Source: a virus. From it: a stretch of 64,000 nucleotides of DNA. Made by a program: the position numbers and the translations under genes. The DNA lies in the IMG/VR virus record IMGVR_UViG_3300046171_000298, positions 3,209 through 67,208 of that record. One strand, written 5' to 3'. Under the pieces are notes generated by a model, which made no database searches, was not told where the DNA came from, and was given only the letters and a program-made list of their open reading frames with translations. Below are positions 18,728 to 27,466 of the stretch, in pieces (the first letter of the stretch is position 1; every line of letters starts with the position of its first letter).

Positions 18728-19540
18728 CTAACGTCTAATCTTTTTTATTGCTTCAAATTTATCTTCAATGGTCCAAGTGCCATAACGAGCTGTCATACCT
18801 GCAACTTTATGACCCATGAGTTTAGAAATCATAGAATCTTGCAAATTAGCGCTCCTTGCTCTAGTGCTCCAGTTGTGACGAAGGCTGTGAGCTGCTTCGC
18901 CTTGGGGTAGCCCCATAACGTCATTAAATTTTTCAGACCAATTTTTGCCTGGGTAACGAGTGAAGTCAGTTGTTAGCATCCCCACCCACGGATAAAACTC
19001 AGGATGGATGGGCACTTGCCGTGTGGCCAGAGGCTTTACAAGCCTGTTGTCATTATTTTTAATTTGAAAGTAAGGGATTTCACTACGGAAAACAATTTCT
19101 CTATTTAACAAACCAGCGATTTCACCAATTCTAAATCCGTGATACCAGATCGCAAGAAAAATAGGATCTTGATGATAGGGTTTATAAAAATCAAACGGAC
19201 GCACAGGATATTCTTTACCCATGCGCTCCGCTTGCATGTCTCTGTTGACTTTAATTTTTTTACTGGAGTGTAGCCAATAGTTTTGACCATCAACGATGTC
19301 TTCTTCATTTGCCATATTCCAGATACCTGAGAGCAAGCTGAGGCGGCGTCTGAGGGTCTCAGGAGAGCATTTGCCAATTGGCTTGAGCTGTGACTTCCAA
19401 TAGCGTGTAACAAACATTTTGTCTGTCATTGACACGTCAACATCAGCGATAGGCCGAATAGCCTGCCACCAACATTTGTATGTGCTGTCACGAATGTCCT
19501 GCGTTTCGCGGACACATTCCATCAGTTCTTTGTAATTCAT
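18728..19540 (-). CDS. int: Tyrosine recombinase/integrase
   Basis: HGFRIGEI, HSLRH, LMGH, MTARY catalytic residues. Confidence 0.9.
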   Translation of the reverse strand: MNYKELMECVRETQDIRDSTYKCWWQAIRPIADVDVSMTDKMFVTRYWKSQLKPIGKCSPETLRRRLSLLSGIWNMANEEDIVDGQNYWLHSSKKIKVNRDMQAERMGKEYPVRPFDFYKPYHQDPIFLAIWYHGFRIGEIAGLLNREIVFRSEIPYFQIKNNDNRLVKPLATRQVPIHPEFYPWVGMLTTDFTRYPGKNWSEKFNDVMGLPQGEAAHSLRHNWSTRARSANLQDSMISKLMGHKVAGMTARYGTWTIEDKFEAIKKIRR

Positions 19541-19582
19541 GTGATCTTTCTGGGTTATAAGCAACGCCAATCAATGTCTAAC

Positions 19583-19605
19583 AAAAAACCCCACAAATTG
19601 TGGGG
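19583..19605 (-). terminator. Terminator following tRNA 3' fragment
   Basis: Minus strand CCCCACA-ATT-TGTGGGG followed by T6. Confidence 0.7.
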
Positions 19606-19620
19606 CTTTGGGTTAGGTGA

Positions 19621-19638
19621 CGGAGAGCGAGGGATTCG
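19621..19638 (-). other. Candidate attP core: 3' end of a tRNA-Ser
   Basis: Minus strand CGAATCCCTCGCTCTCCG = T-loop half plus acceptor strand; just upstream of integrase. Confidence 0.65.
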
Positions 19639-19711
19639 CTCTTTCGAAATTGACGTTACTGCCCAAACAATAGCACCTAAGTACTCAATTTACAATAAGA
19701 CTAACTTATCA

Positions 19712-19876
19712 TTAGTCCTCATCTTTTTCCACAGGCTTGTCAAGGGAGATGTCTAAAGGGTCAGGTTTACCACTAACAATGGCACAAGCTCTTTTGTAGA
19801 AGTAATTGTCTGTTGCTTCTGCGCTTTCCATGCTTTCTTTGATGCGCTTCCAGTTATCAACTTCGTATTTATCCAT
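19712..19876 (-). CDS. 54-aa small protein of picocyanobacterial/cyanophage type (not in ORF track)
   Basis: MDKYEVDNWKRIKESMESAEATDNYFYKRACAIVSGKPDPL. Confidence 0.65.
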   Translation of the reverse strand: MDKYEVDNWKRIKESMESAEATDNYFYKRACAIVSGKPDPLDISLDKPVEKDED

Positions 19877-20147
19877 TGTTATTTGCCGCGAGGTGTTCTA
19901 ACTCTGCATTCATTTGGTCGCTTAACGCGCTTACTTGAGCACATGCACCAAGGATTAACCCACGTTGGTCTGGAGTTAAATGATGAGCATCCTCAGCGTC
20001 CTCAGAGAGGACATTAGCGATATCACCTAAACACATAATGAGTGCCGGAAGGCCCCACTTTTCTACAAGCGTATGCAGGACAGAAAGTAAAGGGTCAGAT
20101 CCTGTTTCAATCGCTTCCCAAAAAGCCTGGCGTTCTTCTGGCAACAT
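19869..20147 (-). CDS. Hypothetical protein
   Basis: ORF track. Confidence 0.6.
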   Translation of the reverse strand: MLPEERQAFWEAIETGSDPLLSVLHTLVEKWGLPALIMCLGDIANVLSEDAEDAHHLTPDQRGLILGACAQVSALSDQMNAELEHLAANNNG

Positions 20148-20209
20148 AATAATTCTAGCTACTATTTCTATTTTAAACGTTAGAATTTATAGATATGATG
20201 ATAAAATCA

Positions 20210-20956
20210 ATGGCAAGAATTAACTTAAGTCAATTTAGAAACTTTTTTAAATTTTACGACGGTAGTCCGCACCAACGTTATGCAATTTGTTTACTGTATG
20301 ATGACTTGCCAAATGAATTAAAAGACGAAGAAACAGATTGGATTAGAGCTTATCGCAGTGAGCTAAGGCAAAAGAAAGCTGCTAAAAAATGGCCCATCAC
20401 TAAAGAGCAAATGGGTGCCATTATGAACTGTTCTTATGAGCAGCTACCGAACGAACTGATGGAGGATTTTGCAACGTGCTGCCGTTTATACAAATTAGAC
20501 CGGGTAAACATTGCTTATTTCTTAGGTCAATGCGCTCATGAATCAGCAGGGTTGCGCTATCCACTAGAAATACACGACGGCTCAAACTATGAGTTCCGCA
20601 GTGACCTTGGCAATAATGAACCTGGAGACGGCGTTAAATTTGCCGGGACTGGTTACATCCAGGTGACGGGGAAATATTGGCACACACGGTTTTCGGATTT
20701 CTTGACAGCTAGCGGTGAACCAGATGCAAATATTTTAAAGGTGGGTAAGACGCACACTTGCAATCGTTACCCGTGGTCTATTTCTGGTTTTTGGTGGATG
20801 GAAAACGATATGATTGAATACTGTAAAACGCATCCACCAATTGATAAAGTTGGAGCTTTGGTTAATGGACGCTATCTACCAAATGGTTATGAAGATAGAC
20901 GATACTATAGTCAAAGGGCATTCGAGACACTAGGCCTTGAATACCCTGGTAATTAA
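20210..20956 (+). CDS. Endolysin, glycoside hydrolase family 19-like
   Basis: AYFLGQCAHES, LGN..PGDGVKF.G.GYIQVTG, VNG...NGYEDR. Confidence 0.88.
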   Translation: MARINLSQFRNFFKFYDGSPHQRYAICLLYDDLPNELKDEETDWIRAYRSELRQKKAAKKWPITKEQMGAIMNCSYEQLPNELMEDFATCCRLYKLDRVNIAYFLGQCAHESAGLRYPLEIHDGSNYEFRSDLGNNEPGDGVKFAGTGYIQVTGKYWHTRFSDFLTASGEPDANILKVGKTHTCNRYPWSISGFWWMENDMIEYCKTHPPIDKVGALVNGRYLPNGYEDRRYYSQRAFETLGLEYPGN

Positions 20957-21145
20957 TCACTCAGCAGCTTCTGTAGTCTCTTCAGTTGCTTCTTCAGCTG
21001 CAGGGTCTTCAGGAGTATATTCCAGCGTATCTACGAGCTTCTGAATCCAACCACCTGAAACGTTGATCAGATTGGCGTCAGCGCTAACACGAGCTGCGGC
21101 GTAAGAATTGATAGCCGAAACCAGCTCAGATTTTTTACAAGGCAT
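20957..21145 (-). CDS. Small hypothetical protein
   Basis: ORF track. Confidence 0.55.
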   Translation of the reverse strand: MPCKKSELVSAINSYAAARVSADANLINVSGGWIQKLVDTLEYTPEDPAAEEATEETTEAAE

Positions 21146-21187
21146 TTTATTATGTATGAATGAATGCTATTTAAATATAGCAAAGAA

Positions 21188-22855
21188 TCATTCACCTTTG
21201 AGAGTTTTTACTTCCGACTCTAATTGTTCAATTCGTGACATACATTCTTGCAGAGCGCCTAAAGCTTTTAGATATAGCACGGAATATTTCACGCTTTCAG
21301 TTTTACTGCCTGTTTTTTGAGTCACTTCCTTCATTTTCTGGTTTCCCGACTCATCTAGTACTGGTAACCCTCTGTCATTAAACATCGGCACTTTTTTGAT
21401 TGATGTGTCTGCATGACTAGTAACTAAACTAGGGCAGACACGCTTTAGCTCTTGTGAAATTACACCCATTTGTTTACCACTTGGTAAATTAACAGATTGT
21501 TTAAATTCAAAGTTAACTAAACGCACACGCTTGATATCATTCCATTGTGATTTAATTGTAGAAATATTAGTCTTTAATTTGCGGTCAGACAAGCCGCCAT
21601 AAGAGTTGTTGGCATTTTCAACATCACCATTACTTCTAATTGCCATATTGCCATTAGCAAACACGGCTGTACCACTAACGTCTAAGTTGCCTTTGAATAT
21701 TGCATCAAAGTAATGAACACCTGTGAACCAATCACGAACAGGGTTTGTTTGAACCCACTGCTTACTATCTGCGTCTTCATAAAGGACATATAGTTGTCCG
21801 TCATTTGGATTACTGTTCCACCAAAGGCTACCTGGATTATAAAGGTTTACTTGTGGTGGTGCATCTTGAACATTAACAATTTGAATGTTTGTAATCTGTG
21901 AGCCATCACCAACAAGAGTTCCATCAAATTCAGATGCAGTAACTTTACCTTCAATCTCTGCATCACCATTTGTTTTTAATACTATCTTGTCACTAGCAAT
22001 TGTTAGATTGCCTGTCATGTTATCTCCACCAGATGCTAGGTATCTAGTGGAACCAGCTAGTTGGTCACTGATTTTTGCATCAATTGTTGTATCAACGTAT
22101 GTCTTTGTTGTTAATTGATTGTCATTTGTAATCGGTATGCCTGCAGATAAGACGATGTCTCTAGCTGCAATACGACCATCTGCATAAAGCACAAATCGAT
22201 CAACACCATCTAAGTATGAACGCAAGACAATATCATCAGAGCCTGCATGAGTTGATGTAATTTCACCTGTTAATTCAGCTGATGCAGCAGTTATATTGCC
22301 TGTAAAAATACCATCACCATTGCTGCTAAGACGGATGCTATTACTAGCAATTGTAAGGTCATCAGATAAGTTACCACCAGAAAGGCTTAGATACTCAAAG
22401 ACTAAGTTATTGAGCTGAGTATTGAGGTAACCAAGCGGTACAGCATGTGAATCGGCAGTTGGATTTAAGCCAAGACTTACATGACGACTAAATGATGCAT
22501 CACCTGTTGTATTAAGAGCAATATTACTAACACCTGCACTTGGTCCAAATTCTAAGTTACCAACAACAAAATCACCTGTGTTATGCAGATATGGACCATC
22601 AGCTTCATCAACACCACCACGCATCAACTTACCATCAGCTGATACACTCACAAGTGCTGAACCCACACCTTGCATATTCGTAATACGCAAGTCACCTGTC
22701 ATGACATCACCTGTTTGATTAACAAAGGTGTCATTTACAGCTGATTGATTATTAGCTTTCCAGCGACTACCTACAAATTGATAGATGACTAATGTATCAG
22801 GATGTTGCCAAATATCACCATTGTTTGGATTCTCTGGAAAATTATAGATAGCCAT
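21188..22855 (-). CDS. Tail fibre with C-terminal S74-type intramolecular chaperone
   Basis: GDxMTG repeats; SDRKLKTNI...GVISQE...YLKALGALQE. Confidence 0.85.
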   Translation of the reverse strand: MAIYNFPENPNNGDIWQHPDTLVIYQFVGSRWKANNQSAVNDTFVNQTGDVMTGDLRITNMQGVGSALVSVSADGKLMRGGVDEADGPYLHNTGDFVVGNLEFGPSAGVSNIALNTTGDASFSRHVSLGLNPTADSHAVPLGYLNTQLNNLVFEYLSLSGGNLSDDLTIASNSIRLSSNGDGIFTGNITAASAELTGEITSTHAGSDDIVLRSYLDGVDRFVLYADGRIAARDIVLSAGIPITNDNQLTTKTYVDTTIDAKISDQLAGSTRYLASGGDNMTGNLTIASDKIVLKTNGDAEIEGKVTASEFDGTLVGDGSQITNIQIVNVQDAPPQVNLYNPGSLWWNSNPNDGQLYVLYEDADSKQWVQTNPVRDWFTGVHYFDAIFKGNLDVSGTAVFANGNMAIRSNGDVENANNSYGGLSDRKLKTNISTIKSQWNDIKRVRLVNFEFKQSVNLPSGKQMGVISQELKRVCPSLVTSHADTSIKKVPMFNDRGLPVLDESGNQKMKEVTQKTGSKTESVKYSVLYLKALGALQECMSRIEQLESEVKTLKGE

Positions 22856-22890
22856 CAAATTACACTGGTACTACTTTAATTTTATCTAAT

Positions 22891-22951
22891 AAAAAACCCG
22901 CCATTTCTGACGGGATGAGTGTATAAGAAAAACCCTGCGATGACACAGGGC
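22891..22951 (-). terminator. Two tandem terminator-like hairpins
   Basis: CCCTG..CAGGG+T run and CCCG..CGGG+T6 on minus strand. Confidence 0.55.
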
Positions 22952-22969
22952 GATAACCCTTTAAATAAA

Positions 22970-23224
22970 TTATTCGCCAGGTTGTTGTGCTGCCATGTTT
23001 GCTTGATAAGCATCAATTACTTCTTGTGTCCATAGTGCAGTTGCAACTGCTTGTAGCTCAGTGCAATCTGAGCTTACATCATCACCAGGGGAACGGACAT
23101 GACGATGATAGGTGCGACCGACCTCAACACCATCTTTTTCGACGATGTTAGCTTGGCGGCATTGAATGATCTGAAAAGGAGGAATGATCTCCAGTTTATG
23201 TTCTTGGCGTTCAGTAAAGGCCAT
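22970..23224 (-). CDS. Small tail-fibre-associated protein
   Basis: IQCR....VEKDGVEV.RTYHRH..PGDD....LWT; follows an LDDYEEG-type fibre. Confidence 0.65.
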   Translation of the reverse strand: MAFTERQEHKLEIIPPFQIIQCRQANIVEKDGVEVGRTYHRHVRSPGDDVSSDCTELQAVATALWTQEVIDAYQANMAAQQPGE

Positions 23225-23285
23225 ATTAGGAACTACCGACTGGTAGTGACAGGTTTAATGGTCGTAGTTTTAAGCCAGTTACGGG

Positions 23286-25106
23286 CTAAGCAGCAATATA
23301 GCTTGCTGAGAACATTACGTAACGAGGATTTCCTGCGATCCACTGTGCTTGAGTTGTTGAATCATCCATTGTAGGAACAATGTGATTGCCGTTAAAGGCT
23401 ATATAACCACCATTTGTCGGTGTTGTAAATGTAGTGGTATGAGTAAAACTTGCAACAGGATATAAATCAACTGTGTTAGCAGCAACAAAAGGAAGACCGC
23501 CAATTCTTGCACTTCCATTTCCTATATTCGAAATACTCATTGCTGAGGAATACCAATGACAGGTAACTTGTTTTCCGATTTTTATATAATGACCAGTAGT
23601 ATTACCAACAGTTGCTACAAATCCTCCACCGGCTGAGTAAAGTGTCACTTCAAATGTACCTTCTTCGTAATCATCCAGTGCATTAGCCGTTGCAGTATCA
23701 CCGTTAAAGGAAATGCCACCTGCGTTTTGAATTCGTAATTTTTCAGTTGAAGAAGTACCGGATGAAAAAATAATATCTCTATTTTCATGATTTTGAAAAA
23801 CCAGTGATCCTGCACTCGCTCCGGATTCAGCGCCTAGTGCAACAATATACGATCCTTCATTAGCTCCATGACCTGAGGCTGAAGTCGTTAAATGAATTCG
23901 TGCTTGTCCACCATTGTCTCCAGAGATATGAAGAACCTTGCCAGACTGTGATGTTGGTGATACTTGATTAATGCCGACGTTGCCTGAGCTGTCGATTCGC
24001 ATCTTCTCGGTTGCACCTATCTGAAAAGAAATAGGATTGGCAGCAATAGTTAAACCCATATATGCGCTAGTGCTGCGGTTATATGACTGAATATAATGAT
24101 TGGTTAAACCGCTGGAATAGCCCATCTCAAGGTTTTGATTTCCGTCATGTGACAAAACAAAAGGTACTAAAGGATTATTTGTTCCAATCCCCACGTTGCC
24201 AGCGCTGTTGATTCGTAGGATCTCGGAGTTATTATTAAGATAAAATACATGAGCTGGGGCTTTGTAATTAAGTTGTCCACTAGAAATACCGAAGCCCACA
24301 ATAGTGCCGCCGTTATTAAATAAATGAATTTTATTTACATCAGAAGGTGTCGTGTCTACAGCATTGTCAAAACGCAGTTTTGCGGTTCCTGTATCTGTCG
24401 TGCCAATCCCTACGTTGCCTCCGTATGGGTTAATAATAAGTGCATCTGCATGTTTGGTCTGAATGCCAGAGTTATTATTGGTATCATTGACAAAAATCTG
24501 AAAGCCATTTGTACTGTTAGGTCCAGCAAATTCAGCTACATTTCCCGCGCCGCTTTCACCTGTTGAAGAAGAACCTACGACAACAAAAGGATTAATAGGA
24601 CTGGTAGTCCCTATGCCGACGTTCGATGCAAAGTAGGCGCTGCCGTCGGCTTGGATATAAGCATTTGTGCTGCCATTCAGTTTCGAGTAAAAAGTCCCGT
24701 GCAAGGGATTAGTTCTATTGGAAGTAACCGGGCCAGCAAACGTGGCGCTGCCGTCGGCGTAAATAGAACCCTTACTTGTACCATTATGTGCAACATCTAA
24801 ACCAGCAAAGTTAGAAGGCGATGACCCAGTGTAGTTTCTGTAGAAAAGGGCGTTAGAGCTACCTTCAATTTTAACCGTTCCAGCAAACGTGGCGCTGCCG
24901 TTTGTTGCATTAAGTACAATCTTATCTGTACCCAGTGTTAAATTACCGGTTAAGTTATCGCCATCAACATCGACGAACAATTCTGGAGCTGTTTGAGCAG
25001 TACGTACGGCTTTCCATATGCCGTTTGCCCATTCATATGTAATTCCTGTGTCAGGATTGGTGTAACTAGTAGTTACATTAGGATCTGGAAAGTTAAGTGC
25101 GGCCAT
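23286..25106 (-). CDS. Tail fibre
   Basis: GNVGIGT repeats, C-terminal ANALDDYEEGTF...YIKIGKQV..GLPF domain. Confidence 0.85.
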   Translation of the reverse strand: MAALNFPDPNVTTSYTNPDTGITYEWANGIWKAVRTAQTAPELFVDVDGDNLTGNLTLGTDKIVLNATNGSATFAGTVKIEGSSNALFYRNYTGSSPSNFAGLDVAHNGTSKGSIYADGSATFAGPVTSNRTNPLHGTFYSKLNGSTNAYIQADGSAYFASNVGIGTTSPINPFVVVGSSSTGESGAGNVAEFAGPNSTNGFQIFVNDTNNNSGIQTKHADALIINPYGGNVGIGTTDTGTAKLRFDNAVDTTPSDVNKIHLFNNGGTIVGFGISSGQLNYKAPAHVFYLNNNSEILRINSAGNVGIGTNNPLVPFVLSHDGNQNLEMGYSSGLTNHYIQSYNRSTSAYMGLTIAANPISFQIGATEKMRIDSSGNVGINQVSPTSQSGKVLHISGDNGGQARIHLTTSASGHGANEGSYIVALGAESGASAGSLVFQNHENRDIIFSSGTSSTEKLRIQNAGGISFNGDTATANALDDYEEGTFEVTLYSAGGGFVATVGNTTGHYIKIGKQVTCHWYSSAMSISNIGNGSARIGGLPFVAANTVDLYPVASFTHTTTFTTPTNGGYIAFNGNHIVPTMDDSTTQAQWIAGNPRYVMFSASYIAA

Positions 25107-26584
25107 TGTTTTTTACCTAAGGTTAGAAATAAATAAGTTAATAAAAATTAGCTAGCCTTAAGGGCTGCTACTTCTGCTGCAAGTTCTTTTACAGCTCCAA
25201 GCAATTTCATAATCAGTACATCATGATTAATTGCTTTATAAGAATCGTCGTCTTGACCTGCGACTTCATAAACCATCTCAGGACAAATTGCTTCTACTTC
25301 TTGTGCAATTAGACCAAGCTTGCGTTGTGCCTTGAGTTCATCAGATAAAGGAGCTTCATCTTTCCAATCAAATGTCTTGAGTTTAAATGCAGATATGTCA
25401 GAAAGCTGCGAAGGTGCTGCTTCGATGTTCTCCTTAAACTTAATGTCGGAAACGTTGCCTGCGGTGATGTTGCCAGCAAACATGGCGCTGCCGTCAGCCT
25501 TAATTAAGGATGTAGGTGATGACGTTCCAACAGTATATCCTTCAAATACAGAAGAAGTTCCGGAATTTTGAGCAGCTCTGATCGTTCCAAACTCGTTAAT
25601 CGATGTTCCTCTTGCCGTACCAGAGTTAGGGTCGCCTCCGGATTGAATTTTGCTAGCAAATTCGGCGCTGCCGTCTGCTTTAAGCTGGATATTTCGGGAA
25701 GCACCAGTACCTCCAATTACAACATCATTATTATAAACAGCGCTGCCATTTGCATATAATAGGAGACCAGCATTACCACCATTTGTGTAATCACCAACCT
25801 GTACTGTTTCAGCAAATTCGGCGCTGCCGTCTACGTTTAGACTGATATTTCTAGTGCTGTATGGAGCTTGGTCTAAAGTATCAGTAAGTCCAAGATAGAA
25901 ACCACCACCATGGTCAACATATAATTTACCACCGGCAAGCTTGGCGCTGCCGTCCATATTCAAGGAGGCACTATAGCCGCCGCTACCATCCTCTACAGCT
26001 AAAGCACGCTCTACGCCTTGTGTTGTAGTTGTGATTCCTACTGAACGGCCTGAGTATGCATTTGATTGAAATCCAGTATCAGCGACTACTACTCCGGCAA
26101 ACGTGGCGTTGCCGTTGCCAAAGATTGTAGCGTTGTAGTTTCCATTGGTAAAATCACCAATGTACAGTCCGTTGCTACTACTTGTAGTATCACAAATTAG
26201 ATTAGTAGCGGCTTTTACATACCCAGCAAACTCGGCGGTGCCGTTATCTAAAATGTCAACATAAGTGCTTGAACCAAGCCAACTCTTGAAGATGGAACTT
26301 CCGTTAGGTGCGGCCGTCTGTGCCACATAAAAACCTTCGTTACTTGTCACATAATCGGCAAACGAGGCGCTGCCGTCATAATTAATACGTGCAACTGCAT
26401 CTGCTGCTGTAAGTCCACCGTTTAGAACCATATAAGCAGCAACTGAACTTCCAGCACCATCCTGTCGAGTAAAGTTCTGTCCTACAGGCGAAAGTACAGC
26501 GCCTGCAGAATTATCTACGTCACCAGATTTTACATTTCCCGAACCTGTTATTACTACATCGCCACCAGCAAACGAGGCGCTGCC
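24628..26584 (-). repeat. About 12 dispersed copies of GACGGCAGCGCC-NNN-TTTGC (DGSAxFA) across two fibre genes
   Basis: Copies near 24628, 24733, 24880, 25473, 25656, 25738, 25812, 25935, 26094, 26223, 26358, 26565. Confidence 0.8.
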
Positions 26585-27424
26585 AGTAACATTCATATTA
26601 CCAGTGAATGTTGAATCACCAGTGTGTGTACCATCAAAACCAATTGAATCAGGTGCAGGTGCTGCTTCAACCCAATACTTATCACCTGCAAGGCCGTTAG
26701 GACCAGTTGGGTCTTGATACAGGATGTACAGAGAAGTATCAGTTGAATCAGAGTTCCACCACATGGTGCCAACTTCATAGTCAGCAGGTGTTGGAGGAGT
26801 GCTTGAAATTATTGTTTCACTGCCAACTCCTGTCAGCTGTGAACCATCACCAATGAATGCACTTGCAGTAACATCACCTGTAAATGTAGCGCCACTAAGG
26901 TCTGCCTTACCAGCAAGTGAATTAGTAACTGTACCTGCAAAGTTAGAGTCATCACCCAGTGATGCTGCTAATTCGTTGAGGGTATCAAGAGCACCAGGAG
27001 CGCCATCAGTTAAGGATGTTTCTAATGCAGAAACTTTTGCTGTGACTTCGGCAGATGTATCATATGCACTTAAGTCAGTAGGAGGAATAGCTGCAATCTG
27101 TTGATTGACATAAGCTTCAGTTGTTTTAGTTGCGACTTTAGCGTCAACTTCAGCTGACGTGTCAACAGCAGCGCCATCAATGGTCAGTGCATTTGCATCA
27201 ACGGTTCCAGCGAATGATGCAGAACCATCTGTATTTAATGCAATTTTATCTGTTGCAATCGTTAGATTGCCGCTCATGTCATCACCAGTGCTGTTCACAT
27301 AACGAACATCGCCAAGACCAGCAAATGTTGTTGCTTTCCAAACACCATCGATGAATTCATAAGTAACGCCACTATCAGCGACGTATGTAGTCTGTTGAGA
27401 AGGATCAGGGAAGTTGATCGCCAT
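25148..27424 (-). CDS. Tail fibre with S74-type chaperone
   Basis: APGALDTLNELAA motif, DGSAxFA repeats, SDIKFKENI...GLIAQEVE. Confidence 0.87.
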   Translation of the reverse strand: MAINFPDPSQQTTYVADSGVTYEFIDGVWKATTFAGLGDVRYVNSTGDDMSGNLTIATDKIALNTDGSASFAGTVDANALTIDGAAVDTSAEVDAKVATKTTEAYVNQQIAAIPPTDLSAYDTSAEVTAKVSALETSLTDGAPGALDTLNELAASLGDDSNFAGTVTNSLAGKADLSGATFTGDVTASAFIGDGSQLTGVGSETIISSTPPTPADYEVGTMWWNSDSTDTSLYILYQDPTGPNGLAGDKYWVEAAPAPDSIGFDGTHTGDSTFTGNMNVTGSASFAGGDVVITGSGNVKSGDVDNSAGAVLSPVGQNFTRQDGAGSSVAAYMVLNGGLTAADAVARINYDGSASFADYVTSNEGFYVAQTAAPNGSSIFKSWLGSSTYVDILDNGTAEFAGYVKAATNLICDTTSSSNGLYIGDFTNGNYNATIFGNGNATFAGVVVADTGFQSNAYSGRSVGITTTTQGVERALAVEDGSGGYSASLNMDGSAKLAGGKLYVDHGGGFYLGLTDTLDQAPYSTRNISLNVDGSAEFAETVQVGDYTNGGNAGLLLYANGSAVYNNDVVIGGTGASRNIQLKADGSAEFASKIQSGGDPNSGTARGTSINEFGTIRAAQNSGTSSVFEGYTVGTSSPTSLIKADGSAMFAGNITAGNVSDIKFKENIEAAPSQLSDISAFKLKTFDWKDEAPLSDELKAQRKLGLIAQEVEAICPEMVYEVAGQDDDSYKAINHDVLIMKLLGAVKELAAEVAALKAS

Positions 27425-27466
27425 TGCTTTGTACCTCGTTAATAATAAAAATTAAATTTGCTAATC

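Noticed and set aside
18644-18910. 88-aa ORF on + strand
   Set aside because: Overlaps tRNA-Ser and is antisense to the integrase
18699-19638. Integrated mini-island bounded by attL/attR
   Set aside because: The two tRNA-end sequences are inverted and non-identical, not direct repeats
24628-26584. CRISPR array or diversity-generating retroelement in fibre genes
   Set aside because: Repeats are in-frame coding with irregular long spacers; no cas genes, reverse transcriptase or TR/VR pair seen
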